A stretch of 48,839 nucleotides of DNA, filler included, from Catajapyx aquilonaris (GCA_000934665.2; 2 parts of 2 records of this genome joined end to end with filler, not necessarily neighbours in it); one strand, 5' to 3'; counted from the whole stretch's first letter, positions 36,900 to 48,839 are shown. Made by a program: numbers and translations. Notes: a model not told the origin generated them from the sequence alone.

Positions 36900-38162
36900 G
36901 TTGCGTGGGTGACCCGCTCTGGTTCAGGTCAGGACTCGGTGCAGCTGGCAGAGGCTATTGCAATCCGCCCCACAAGTGAGACGGCCATGTACCCAGCATT
37001 TGCCAAGTGGGTGCAGTCCCACCGCGACCTCCCCATCCGGCTGAACCAATGGAACAATGTGGTGCGGTGGGAGTTCAAGCACCCTCAGCCATTTTTGCGC
37101 ACCCGGGAGTTCCTGTGGCAGGAAGGTCACTCTGCATTTGGGGTGAAGGCAGAGGCAGAGAAGGAAGTCATGGAGGTGCTGGAGCTGTATGCTCGAGTGT
37201 ATGAGGAGCTCCTGGCCATTCCAGTGGTCAGAGGGAGGAAGACAGAAAAGGAAAAGTTTGCAGGGGCAGACTACACCACCACTGTGGAGGTCTACATCTC
37301 TGCCAGTGGGCGGGGACTGCAGGGTGCCACTTCTCACCACCTGGGGACCAACTTTTCCTCCATGTTTGGGATTGAGTTTGAGGATCCCTCTTCTGATGAA
37401 GGGAAGAAATGCCATGCCTTCCAGAACAGTTGGGGCCTCTCAACTCGCACCATTGGAGCAATGGTGATGGTCCATGGGGACGACCGTGGGTTGGTACTTC
37501 CCCCAAATGTGGCACTGGTCCAGGCGGTGATCGTTCCTTGCGGAGTGTCAGCTTCAGGAGCTGACCTCATAGCATCCATCTCCAGCATGGAAGAAAGGCT
37601 GAAGACCATAGGGGTGAGGGCAAAGAGCGACTTGCGTGACAACTACTCCCCTGGGTGGAAGTTCAACCACTGGGAACTGAAAGGCGTCCCACTCAGGCTG
37701 GAAGTTGGGCCTAAGGACCAGAAAGCTGGTCAGTATGTGGCAGTCAGGAGGGGCACTGGGGAAAAGAAGTCCTTTCCCTTGGCCAACCTGGAAACAGATG
37801 TGACCCAGCTACTCCAGGAAGTTCATCAGGACATGCTGAAGAAGGCCAGGGATGAGTTGGAGGCTCACAAGAAGGTGGTGCACAAATGGGAGGAGCTGCA
37901 GTCCCACCTGGAGGCTCGCTGCATCATACTTGCTCCATTCTGTGGAGAGGTCCAGTGTGAAGAGGCCATCAAGAAGGACAGTGCCGTGACTGCTGCTGCC
38001 CCAAACCCTGAACAGAGCGACCCTGCTGCTCCCTCCATGGGGGCCAAGAGTCTGTGCATCCCATTTGAGCAGCCACAGGACCTGCCCCCCAATGCCAAGT
38101 GCATCCATCCTCAGTGTAACAGGCCACCAAAGTTTTACACACTCTTTGGTCGCAGTTACTGA
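36900..38162 (+). CDS. EPRS: EPRS coding exon 2 (ProRS catalytic core, anticodon-binding domain, C-terminal Zn domain)
   Basis: Acceptor TTTATTCCCATTTGCAG|G at 36899/36900 joins FAPE to VAWVTRSG in frame. Contains [29 protein letters not shown] and SWGLSTR, and ends in the canonical ...FGRSY*. Confidence 0.97.
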   Translation, partial: VAWVTRSGSGQDSVQLAEAIAIRPTSETAMYPAFAKWVQSHRDLPIRLNQWNNVVRWEFKHPQPFLRTREFLWQEGHSAFGVKAEAEKEVMEVLELYARVYEELLAIPVVRGRKTEKEKFAGADYTTTVEVYISASGRGLQGATSHHLGTNFSSMFGIEFEDPSSDEGKKCHAFQNSWGLSTRTIGAMVMVHGDDRGLVLPPNVALVQAVIVPCGVSASGADLIASISSMEERLKTIGVRAKSDLRDNYSPGWKFNHWELKGVPLRLEVGPKDQKAGQYVAVRRGTGEKKSFPLANLETDVTQLLQEVHQDMLKKARDELEAHKKVVHKWEELQSHLEARCIILAPFCGEVQCEEAIKKDSAVTAAAPNPEQSDPAAPSMGAKSLCIPFEQPQDLPPNAKCIHPQCNRPPKFYTLFGRSY

Positions 38163-38183
38163 GTAAGCATCGTGTAGAGAGGC

Positions 38184-38189
38184 AATAAA
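38184..38189 (+). promoter_or_regulatory. Candidate polyadenylation signal of EPRS
   Basis: AATAAA about 20 nt after the stop codon. Confidence 0.55.
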
Positions 38190-38475
38190 TATTTTGAAAT
38201 CAAAATGAGCCATTATGACTTGCATTATGCCATTATGACTTGTAAATCCATGGCTTTTCTTGATGTAAAGAAATGAATCATTGAGAATGTAAACATCCGA
38301 AGTACAACATTTTTCAAAATTTAGGTAATTGAATTAAGGGGTACAGGTAAATAGGGCATAAGTGAGGGGGCAGAGATTTTGGAAAACCATATGTGGCCAT
38401 GCAGTATTTTCTTGGGCTGCTGGGCAGCAGAAAATGACAGATTTTTTGAGTCCGGCCTAATTTACAAGTGAGGTA

Positions 38476-38690
38476 AGGGGAAGTGGGGTAAGTGCATACA
38501 CGGGGTAAGTGCATATATTGTGCCGCCATATTGGAATGAAAATGGCTGACGACACCAAAACGCGGGGGATGTTATGTGCAGCTACACAAAAGAGTGCCTG
38601 ATGCGTTTTGTTGTCATCAGCCATTTTCATTCCAATATGGCGGCACAATATATGCACTTACCCCGTGTATGCACTTACCCCACTTCACCT
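38476..38690. mobile_element. Pogo/Tigger-like MITE downstream of EPRS
   Basis: TA flanks; ~85-bp TIRs with doubled GGGGTAAGTGCATA. Confidence 0.75.
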
Positions 38691-39100
38691 TAATTGTGCA
38701 ATTTTGTGGATAGATTCATTAATCAGTGTGCAGTAGTGTGCATTATAGGCAAGTAAATCAGAAAACTTTGTGTTTTCTTTGCAAAAGTGGACATCTGGCT
38801 ATATAGCAGACCTTGGTTATGACATTTTTTCCAGTGGTCCCTTGAAGTCTGTTATATCCGGATTCAACATAATATTAAAATATTTGAAGCTGCTACTCAT
38901 AGTGTGATTCTGGCTAGCTACAAGCAGTTGCTATGATTTAGCTGCACTGTGCTACTTCATGATCATTGATGTCACTTATTCAAGATGTCAGCCCCCATTC
39001 GCAGCCCTTGTGGAGATGTAGGTTCGGTTGTGGTTGTTGAAGCGGTCTTTGTCGTTGGAGGAGGTGCTGACATCGTGGTAACAGCTGTTGTGGTACTCTT

Positions 39101-39395
39101 ACAAGGGAAGGCCGTAACGAGGCACTAACGGATTTGGACGAAAATGGATCAGTGGGTAAATCACATGGGTAGAATTCACTGATGAACGTAAAAACCCGCA
39201 ACGCGCAGCCATTTTGGAGATATGAGTGACGTCAGATCTGGCACTCTCAATAGTGCATCCGCTTGCTCCCCTTTTAGATAGTGGCAAACAGTATTTGGAT
39301 TCGGATTAAAGGTGACCTAAACAGGTGCCATGGCCACCTTCCGGTGACCCGCCACTTCCGCTTTTCCGGGTTCACTCTATCCGCACAAGTCGACT
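39101..39395. mobile_element. Fragment related to the 16709 element
   Basis: TTA-CAAGGGAAGG terminus and shared GGTGACCCGCCACTTCCG...CCGGGTTCACTCTATCCGCACAAGTC. Confidence 0.6.
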
Positions 39396-39482
39396 TCAGA
39401 GTTTGAGACCAATGCCCCAGTTCCGTGATGGATAATAGGGGTTATACTGTAATCTTTTGTTACAACTATTTGTAAATAGTAG

Positions 39483-39610
39483 ACAGGGTTGTTACAGGTG
39501 GGCCCAACCCAAAAAAAACCCAGTGGGTTTTTTTGGGTGGGCCCACCTTTAAAAACCCCACTAAAAAACCCACCTTACATAAAACCCACTAAAAAGTAAA
39601 AATCCACCTT
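39483..39610. mobile_element. hAT-like terminus
   Basis: CAGGGTTGTTACAGGTGGG start followed by AAAACCCA subterminal repeats; partner end not found. Confidence 0.4.
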
Positions 39611-40337
39611 GGCTTTTTCAGTTTTTCATCCTAATGTTGAAATTTTTTAAAGTATTCGACACACTGACACAGTCCACAACACAACTCCCAAGTTTCATAT
39701 AATGTTTGATGTACCTTTCGTTGCCTTTCGTTGACATTAGAGTCTCGGTAATTTTTCTGTGGTATCACTAGTATTGTAAGTTAATGTAATGTAAATATGG
39801 AGTATCTAGTGCCTACAATGCAGGAGAAGAAGAAAAAATTCGTCTTGGACTTAGCAACTTCTGGCTTGTAGAAATTTTAATTTTTAACCACTTAAATGAG
39901 GAAATGTAGGGAAATAATATCTCCTAAATTAATCTTAGTCCCTTTATTAAGCCTTAATGTGATGACAATAATTCTAAATACAGTTTTTATGAAGGCCTTT
40001 TTTGGACTTATCGACATGGCACGAATTTCATACTTGAAAGAATGAGAAAAAGTATATTCTAATCACTCTCATGTGATTTGCCAATCTTGTTTTGTCATTC
40101 CATGTCAATTCACCGAGCCCCCTGACCGCTTTATTTACGCCTTGCAAAAATACCACTTGAGCGGAGATAGGCCCACCGAGAAAGACGGCATTTTCGGAAG
40201 GTGGGGTTTCAAAAATCTGTCATATCTCGTGAACCAATTGAGCTACAGACGTCGTCGACCACTCGACTTGAAAGGATTCGAGAGCCCAATCTCATTAACC
40301 ATTAAAAATTCGTATTTTGACTCTTTTGACAATTTTG

Positions 40338-40480
40338 CTAATCGGGAGGTCCTGGGCTCGAATCCCGGGGCCGACGATCCTGACCGTGGTTTTCTGTGGT
40401 TTCCCACGGTCTTCCTATAGGATAATTCCGGGGTCGTTTCCGTATAGTAGCCCACAGCCGCTTCCTTCCTTCCCTATCCT
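40338..40480 (+). mobile_element. 5'-truncated tRNA-derived SINE fragment (third family)
   Basis: GGTCCTGGGCTCGAATCCCGG (B box) followed by GGTTTTCTGTGGTTTCCC...CCGCTTCCTTCC, a body type common in arthropod SINEs. Confidence 0.55.
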
Positions 40481-41671
40481 TGGAGGTTGAAGACATAGGG
40501 TTGAAGAGGCAATGCCGGGCCAACCTCCCTAATATATCAATTATAAAGTATGGCCACGGGTATGGCAATGGAGGCAGCAATTTTTTATCCTATACCACCG
40601 AGATACGCATGCATTTCATCTGGCAACTCAAGCCGTATACTTAGACCGTATCCAGAGGATACTATACCCTCATTGCCCGTTGGTAACATCCTTTATGTTA
40701 CAGGAACACCGAGAAAAAACTCGTCATGGACAAGGGAAGACAGAGAGGTGAGAAAATATGCAAGAAAATGTCCGAGAGGCAACAACTGTGACCTACAATT
40801 GAAAAACGGTCAGACTCAGAGGTGACCCAAAAGATACAAGCTAATGGACCAAATATGGCTGCCCTCACCAGTGTTGGTCAAACATTCGATTCTGGATTAT
40901 CGTGCTGCCACCTGGTTCCCAGGCTTCTCAACCTGTTGGTGTGACTCCCCACCGCCTGTGGCGTCAGTCGCCACCGTTGGCTGCCTCCCCACCTTATAGA
41001 TCGCCCAGGGGCTGCCACTCTGCCAGCAACATCCAGCATCCACCCAGTGCATCCACCACCATCGGCTGGCTGATGAAGGTAATTATTATGGCCAGATTGA
41101 TTTTTCATTCCTGTGTCAGCCCGACACACCCGGCTACTTTGCCCTGTCACCCAGGTCTTGGTCTCGCTTGTTCTAACTGTGTTGCATATGCCTTGGCACA
41201 GACCTCATTCGCAAGGCATGTCCCACCACCTCTCAGGGAACTTCCTCTAGTGCATTTTCTCTTCCCTCATTGCAGACAGGTGGTTTTTGTGTTGCAAAAA
41301 TGTGATTTTACGAGCATGGGTTTACCCGAGTTTACCTCCCTTGGCTCATTTATTTTGGGGACGCACACTTTTGACATTTTGCTGTCATCAGAATCTAGAC
41401 ATGATTATATGTGAAAACATATTTTTATCCCCATGCAACAAAATGCCAACTGTGAGCAAGGGTTCACAGCTGTACTGCCGCTGCTTGTAACAAATCTCTT
41501 AATAATAAAACATATACTGTTTTGAGTCAAAATTTTGGCCACACGACTTCCCCCCNCCGCCCCGAATCCTATGCTTTGCTGAAGAGGGCTTGTGGGTTGC
41601 ATTCATAGCATAGTATATTTTCAGAGGTTTCGGAGATTCCTTGAAGTTTGTTACACCTGGAATTTACTGTA

Positions 41672-42030
41672 CAGTGCTGGACAAATTAGCCGTCGCTGAA
41701 TGTTTTTTTTTGGCGGCAGCGGCGGCGTTACCTGCCAACCCTGTCCGGCGGGCCAATTCAAACATCAGCCCATGGAGAGCGCTTCCATTGCTGCCACTGT
41801 TTACAAATCTAGGGAGTGACCCCAAAATGACTTATTTCTTCTAACATCATTATTTCCCCCGTTTTTTCCTGCGTATATCCCTGCAGGCAGATTTGTAAGC
41901 AGCGGCAACAATGGAAGCGCTCTCCATGGGCTGATGTTTGAATTGGCCCGCCGGACAAAGTTGCCAGGTAACACCGCCGCCGTCACCGCCGAAAAAAAAC
42001 ATTCAGCAACGGCTAATTTGTCCAGCACTG
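41672..42030. mobile_element. Tc1/mariner-type MITE
   Basis: TA-CAGTGCTGGACAAATTAGCCGT...ACGGCTAATTTGTCCAGCACTG-TA with ~135-bp imperfect TIRs. Confidence 0.85.
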
Positions 42031-42349
42031 TATACACTATCACTACATTATATATAGATTATTGTAGTGACCAGGCAACTGGCTGTTGATGGTTGCCAGG
42101 TCACTACGTTATTGATGTTGTCAGGGGATCCTGAGTGATTGTTTTGTATTGTTTAGTGTTCTATTCCTGCGGTCCTTTGGGACGGACGTTTGCAGCCTGT
42201 TGTCCTGGAATACAGTTCCAAATTGGTTCTTATACCCTTCCCCGTGTGTTATTTTGTGGTGTCTCTGAGGTACTCATCATGGGGCACTACACTATGCAGT
42301 TTTGTTACCGTATATTATTTATACTATTACTATTATACGGGGTGACCAT

Positions 42350-42487
42350 AAGTCTGGACACATAGGTAATTGGACTGTATTGTTGGTTTCCAGTTGTGCC
42401 AACTAGCAGATTGTTGACAGTCAGTAAAGGTTGCGTTGGCACAACTGGCAACCATAATACAGTCCAATTACCTATGTGTCCAGACTT
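42350..42487. mobile_element. Short palindromic MITE
   Basis: AAGTCTGGACACATAGGTAATTGGACTGTATT arms of about 55 bp. Confidence 0.7.
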
Positions 42488-43717
42488 TAGTGTCGCTCTA
42501 TACTATTATAATACAGGGTGTGGCAATTTAGCATGCCTTTGCTTTGTGGGATGGCGGAGAGGTTATAGCCAATTATTGTAACCATTGGCATTGCGGGTCT
42601 ATGCTGCATAGTTACCGAGATAAGTAGCATTTAATAAAGCACATTATAGCATCTTCTATGTTGTGGATACAGCTTATGACATTTCCATTGCCTTCTACAC
42701 TAGTCATATTGGGATCATAGCTTGAATTTAAATGAAAAGGGTTAGGTTGCACAGAGGGACACTAACTGGAGATTTCATATCTTGTGTTTGAAGCTCATTA
42801 TATTGTGACAAGGTGTTCATGAATATAAATAATGTTAACTCCTGGTATACCTTCAAAACCACATTGCAGCCTTCTACGTAAGCCCATATTGTAATTGGTA
42901 TCAGTGTCAATATATGCTTACAGCTAACAAGGAGATAATTCACAGCACCTCAAATATATTCATTTAGTGTTAAGGGAACTTGTATCAATCCGAGCTAGGT
43001 GGTACGACTTGCCAGGTATCATCAGTGAATAAAGAATTGTCCCGCCTTGCGGGTTACAGTCTGGCCAGGATAACCTTAACCTTGCTTGCTTACCTCACCT
43101 TACTCTTGCCTGGCTGAGTCACGTGATGGTTTAAGGGGGAGACGGGTGGGAGGGAGCATGAGAGGGGGGGACAAACGAGGTCGAGGTGCAGATAACAGAC
43201 GCTTCTGGAAATATTGAAGGAATATAAGTCTGGTGTGGCCTTGAAGGCCGTGCACCATAGACGCGCGTTTGAATCAAGTGTCGCCCCGGAATACATAATT
43301 ATACAGCTCCGTTTATTTCGCCATATATGGAAGAAATCATATACATTTTGGCATACCTCTTGCCCTTTGGAATGGAATGCAGGGGCAATGCTGTCGCAAT
43401 ATTTGAGCGCCATTCACAGCCATTGCTCATTAAAAGGTGCAAATGGGAGGTGGGGGAGGGGGAGCGGGGGGTAAAAGTTGATGACAATTTTTTCCCAGGC
43501 CTTGGAAACTGTTAAGCAGAGACGTGGCCATTACAATTATTATTACGTGTAATCCACAAAGCTCACACACACCTCGGAGCCCGAGCTGAGAGGTCGATCT
43601 TGTTGTCTGCTCCTGCTACGCCTGCTTATCTAACCGAGAGTGTGCCCCATTTTCTTTCCTGCCTGGTTTTTCACCTGGTAAAAACACCCGGTACAGTGGC
43701 TGGAACCTGAAGACACC

Positions 43718-44668
43718 ATGGCGCTGCTCACATCTGCTGATCTGTTGAGGGCCCTAGAGACCCTGAAAAAGGATTTGAGAGAAGAAATAGGCCAGGACTT
43801 AGCTAAGTGTACATCTGATCTATCTGCAAAATGGGAGTTCCACTTTGCACAAATCAAGTCGGAGCTACTATCAGACCGTTCCACTGTGCGTGAGCTAAAA
43901 GAAGAAAACCTATACCTCAAATCAGCTATGGATACTATGCAAAATAGACTGGTGCAGATGGAAAATCAATCGAGGCGCTGTAACTTGGTGTTCTACGGCA
44001 TTCCGGATTTTCAAGGTGAAACGTGGGCCGAAACAGAGGCCAAAGTGCGCAAGGTCATCCAAGATTACAACTTGCATCAGCGACCAGACACTATTGAATT
44101 CCAGCGAGTTCATCGGCTGGGTAGAAGACCGGGCAAGAGAGCAGTGATAGCACTACTTCTGAGGTACAAAGACAAGGAGGTCATCCTACAGTGTGCGCGT
44201 AATCTCCGTGGGTCAAATCTGAGTGTAAGCGAGGATTTCGCACAGGAGACCAGAGATGCCAGGCGTGAGTTGATGCCATATCTGTTAGATGCGAAGAAGA
44301 GCAACAAGAGAGCCCATATACGCATGGATACACTAGTGATAGAAAGCGTGCCATTCCGAATGTACAACGGTGAGCTACAGCGTTGTGACAGCCGAACGTC
44401 GAACGAGGCGGCTACTGAGGGGAACGGACTGGCACCTGGGAAGCGCCAGCTATCGGTTTCACCTTTGGGACCCCAAAGGCAGGCCAAACAAGTCCACCTA
44501 CCAAGTCCAGAATCAGCACAACAACCTCAACTAACCGAACAAGCTGCCATAACACAACCGACGACGGGTGAGAGCGAGAACCAAGATGGAAGGAACGGAG
44601 AGGTTACTCGACCAGTGTCACAAGGTCAACAAGGTCAACGACAACATCGCTATGCTACCACTAATTGA
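43718..44668 (+). CDS. LINE ORF1 protein (coiled coil plus L1-type RRM/CTD)
   Basis: 316 aa with a heptad region, then ENQSRRCNLVFYGIP, RVHRLG and SVSEDFAQETRDARREL, typical of L1-like ORF1p. Confidence 0.88.
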   Translation: MALLTSADLLRALETLKKDLREEIGQDLAKCTSDLSAKWEFHFAQIKSELLSDRSTVRELKEENLYLKSAMDTMQNRLVQMENQSRRCNLVFYGIPDFQGETWAETEAKVRKVIQDYNLHQRPDTIEFQRVHRLGRRPGKRAVIALLLRYKDKEVILQCARNLRGSNLSVSEDFAQETRDARRELMPYLLDAKKSNKRAHIRMDTLVIESVPFRMYNGELQRCDSRTSNEAATEGNGLAPGKRQLSVSPLGPQRQAKQVHLPSPESAQQPQLTEQAAITQPTTGESENQDGRNGEVTRPVSQGQQGQRQHRYATTN

Positions 44669-44692
44669 GGTTTAGGGGGGTACACAAGAAAT

Positions 44693-47600
44693 GTGCGGAA
44701 GGAACCCGAATTTGGGAAGTTTGGTTTTGGGAAAGTGGTGGGAAAAATCCCGGAGTGCCAGCCATTACGGCAAATTAGTGATGGGACGGGCGGTTCTGTT
44801 CGCGAGTTAATTAGTGATGTATCCAAGAGTGGTGATGATAAAAAGGTGGGTGGCCGTGAGCAACCAAATTTGGTTAGTAAAAGTTCTAAGGCAATGCCTA
44901 TTACCGAAGAGGTGATAAAGAGGAGAAGAGTGAACTCAGGTGTGGGAAGTCAGTCAGCTGATATTTCTCTCCTAGCGGAATCAGCAGGATTGCCCGAGCA
45001 CAATGACTCAATAGTCCACAAGGTGTTAGTATACAAAATTGAAGACGATATATCCAGTGATGACAGTACTGAAAAGTGTATTCCCAGTTGCAGTGATGTA
45101 AACCTATTATTAACTGATGTTAACAGTCCTGACCCATTAGATTACGATAAAAGGATAGCTGTACACAAGGCTAGAGTGGTCGATTTGACCCAAGGTTTAA
45201 GTGTTGAGGTGGCGCCTATCTTTACCAGGGAAAAAAAAGTGTTAAAAATCATCTCGTGGAATATTGCTGGATTGAACTTACAGAATGCATGGGAAGTCGC
45301 CAACACTGTAAGTAAACATGTGGATATTGGAGGTTTTGTCGAGACATGGCTTGAATCAGATGTCGAGCTCTGCTTTAGTGGTACTCCATTTGTAATGTTC
45401 CAGAGCCATGCGGTCAGACATTCTAAGTTTGGTCGTGCGTCAGGCGGCCTGGTCTTGGTGGTCTCGGAGGAACTGAAACCAGTGCTGATCTCAAGGAATA
45501 CTACTCATTTGGCGGTTGAGATAGAGGGCGTGTACAAGACAAATAGGGCCTTGATTGTTCTTTTTTACTGCCCCCCTTCCTGTGCAATCAATTTAAAAAT
45601 GGAAAGGATTTGTACTTTAAAGGAAGATGCAGCTGTGAAGGGAGTACCAACTATCATTATGGGCGATTTCAATGCCCGGATTGGAAATTTCACGAACAAC
45701 TTAACAGATTCAGATTTAACAGCTTATTGGAATTCCCAGAGAATGACGAAGGACAAGGGCAGGAATACAAATGGTACTAAGTTAATTGAAATAATTGAAA
45801 ACTATTCGCTCTTTATCTTAAATGGGTCCATGCCATCAGACCAACTAGGTAGTTACACATACATCAATAAAACGGGAGCAAGTACAATTGATTACATGCT
45901 CACGTCAGCTGAATTTCTAGCATGGGTCACAGATTTCAAAGTAATACGTGTAATAGAATCAGATCATTTTCTGTTAGAGGGAGTGATAGTGTTTCCTCGG
46001 ATGGTGGATACCCCGAATGATTTTGAGACGAATAAATTAACCGTGCCAAATGATGGTTTTGGGTTCCTGAATGAAGAATTTACTAGAAGATTACAAGGAG
46101 AGGCGGGGACGGAATCCGAACCAACAGTATCATTGGGCCATTTTAAGTGCACAGTAACCGAAGTGTTGCAAGAGTTCGGACTAATAACCAAAAAATCTGG
46201 CAAATCACGAAAAAATCAAAGAATAAAAGTAGCGCCCTGGTTTGATACAGATCTCGTTCAGGCGAAGGCACAACTAAAAGAACTGCTTAGAACCTGGGGT
46301 GAGTCTGATGCAAAGGCAGACAGAGAACAATATATAGTGGCCAAAAAATGTTACAAAAATCAATGTACTGCAAAAAAAAGAAAATATTTCTCCACCACTT
46401 TGAGGCTCTCACTTTTGAACCCGAAGACACCGAGCGAGTTTTGAGCAATAATCAAGAGCGCGAAAAGAACCAAACCTGGATCTCAACTAGAAAATTCCAC
46501 ATGGTGGCAACACCTTAAAGCTACACAATTGGAAATGCTGCCAGAAGGGATACAAACTTTATCGATAAGGTTAGAACTGGGAGACAATAGGTTAGACCCA
46601 ATACTCGATAGACCACTATCGCGTCTGGAATTTGATGTAGCAATAAGTAATTTACGAGCTAAAACCGCACCAGGGCCAGATTTAATCCCCAACAGATTAA
46701 TCAAGGAATGTAAATCGAGTTTATCTGATGCTTTATTTCTTATTTTTGAGGATTGTTTTGACACCCAGAAAATACCTCCCAATTGGAGTCAAGCGAGGGT
46801 GACACCAATCTATAAAAATGGAGATAGATCCCGCCCCGAAAATTACCGACCTATCGCCATTTTCAATAACACATTCAAATTATTTACATCAATACTAACC
46901 AGAAGATTACAAAACTGGGCGGAGGAGAATGAAATATTGTCGGACTGGCAAGCTGCTTTTAGAAAAACCCGAGGCTGTCTAGACCATCTATTTACTTTTC
47001 ATGTACTCATCCAAAAATACATAGCGAAGCCAAAGGGGAAACTTTATGCGTTATTTATTGACTTATCAAAAGCATTTGACTCCGTCCAACATGAACGTTT
47101 GTTTACAAAACTGGGTCAGTTGGGAGTGAGCGGAAAGATGTTGGCACTATTGAGAGATATGTATGACAGATTAGAGATTGTTTCCCCACAGGGTCAGGAG
47201 TGCATTAGGGTGGTGACGGGGTTGCCTCAAGGAGAGCCGTTAAGCCCGGTTTTATTCAATTTATATTTGGCGGATATCTATAAATTTATGACAACACGGG
47301 GTGCAAATGGGGTAAATTTCGGACCAGGGAAAGAGGAAATACTGCTACTAGCTTACGCAGACGATCTGATTCTACTTACTAGCAATCCATGTCACATGCA
47401 GAAGAATATCAACGTACTGGCAAATTATTTTGAAGACAATGATCTCAAGATAAATTTAAGTAAGACAAAATTGGTGTGCTTTCGGAAAGGGGGACGGTGT
47501 TCGAAAAAACTTTTTTTCTGGAAAACCATACCCTTAACTGAAACCTCTTCATAAACCTACCTGGGCGTTCCTTTTAAATGTTCTGGAAAATTTAATGAAG

Positions 47601-48524
47601 CTGCTGCCTATTTTAAAAGAAAAGCCATTGCGGCGATAAACAGTCTTTGGCCAGTTCTGCTCAAACTAAACATAAGAGATATCTCGGTAGCTTTAAGACT
47701 GTTTAAGTCGCATATTGTACCAGTATTATTATATGCAAGTCCCGTTTGGGGGCCGAAACATATAGCTGAAATCCTGCAGGTTCAAACTTATTTTTTAAAG
47801 AAATTCCTATCACTCCCAAAATCAACTGCAGCTTATTTTTTTATATTTAGAAACGGGAGTTATTCCCCTGACGCTAAATGTATTAAATACCATTGCAAAA
47901 TTTACTCTCAGAACGAGGAGACACTCAAAAAATGAACTGTTGAAATCAGCCCTAGAATACACTATACAGTACAAGGAAAGGACGCAGAAAGGATCAGCAG
48001 ACTGGGGTAACAGCTGTAACAAAATTTTTCAACCTTATTCAAACGACTGGCTGTCTGAGATTGATAATTTGCCCACTATGTTAGAAACAATTGAACGAGG
48101 CTTGAAAGATGAAATACTAGACAAGTTGCAGGCCACCAAACGGTACGTATTTTACAAGGAGATCAAGCACGATTTCGCAATGGAGAACTATTTCAGTATG
48201 GACCTCCCACTGTCCCATGTCAGATTAATGATAAACCTAAGAAACTACTCGACATATCTCAGATTGCGTGATCAGTTAACTATCAAAATTAATCCGGATG
48301 AAATATGCGACTGGTGCAATTGGAAAGTAAATCAATCATTATTCCATATTATTTATGAATGTTTTCTTTTTAATACGCCTAGACACAGATTTCTACAGGA
48401 TATACCACACTACCCACAAGATAATATGTCATATTTGTTTGTTAATACACATAAGAGTGATATCTATAAGTTTTTTTCATTTTTTTTGAACACAACTAAA
48501 ATTTTGCAGTTATGTGAATACTGA
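44693..48524 (+). pseudogene. LINE ORF2 (AP endonuclease, reverse transcriptase, C-terminal CCHC), disrupted
   Basis: APE motifs SWNIAGL, VETW, GDFNAR, IDY, SDH. RT motifs APGPD, YRPI, FIDLSKAFDSV, GLPQGEPLSP, YADD, YLG. C-terminal CDWC...H...C. In-frame stops at 46442-46444 (EF*AI) and 47552-47554 (SS*TYLG), and a one-base frameshift in the T-run near 47840. Confidence 0.93.
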
Positions 48525-48839
48525 AAGAACACATTATTTTAAACTATAGCATCAGAGCGGACAACAGATAGGGACAATACATAAATGTAAGGGTCAGGAG
48601 TGTTGTGTCCCCCAAAGCGAGCCTCTGGCTCGAGTACGGGGTAGAAAAATAAATAAATAATAAATAATCCACAAAGCTTACCCACAACGGACCTTTTTCC
48701 AGCTCCACTACAGATCCGCTAATATATGGTATGGAAAGAAGACAAAACGAAGGCAGTGCCACCGGGTCAAGTGTGTTCCTCACATGCACAGCACTTTGAA
48801 AGTGATGAGCAACATATGTTCGAATTACGCTGCCTATAT

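Larger units (their letters stand above)
43564..48664 (+). mobile_element. Full-length non-LTR retrotransposon (APE-type, probably RTE-X clade), inactivated
   Basis: 14-bp TSD TAATCCACAAAGCT at 43550-43563 and 48665-48678; ORF1 plus an APE-RT ORF2; 3' stem-loop and (TAAA)n tail. Confidence 0.93.

Noticed and set aside
32312..38225. Antisense and alternative-frame ORFs within EPRS
   Set aside because: Expected shadows of a long coding sequence, with no independent support.
46442..46444. Recoded TGA (selenocysteine or Trp) in LINE ORF2
   Set aside because: A second nonsense codon and a frameshift indicate ordinary decay.

Overview
Eukaryotic (invertebrate metazoan, probably arthropod) genomic DNA, very rich in transposable elements, with three assembly gaps. 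The only clear host gene is an intact bifunctional glutamyl-prolyl-tRNA synthetase (EPRS; about 1452 aa: GST-like, GluRS, 3 WHEP, ProRS), encoded in just two coding exons (31686-34781, 36900-38162). Its first coding exon also carries a spliced-in, ATG-less, 36-codon coiled-coil-like reading frame that stops 2 nt before the EPRS ATG, which suggests a dicistronic or uORF arrangement. A candidate recursive-splicing (AG|GT) site lies 11 kb upstream. The rest comprises a full-length but inactivated RTE-X-like LINE with a 14-bp TSD, tRNA-derived V-domain-like SINEs whose tail mimics the LINE tail, an Academ-derived double fold-back structure, a hAT transposase fossil, a P-like element, many palindromic MITEs (often nested), and degenerate short-repeat arrays. 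No CRISPR, rRNA or genuine tRNA genes were seen. Family assignments come from motif recognition by eye, not from database searches.
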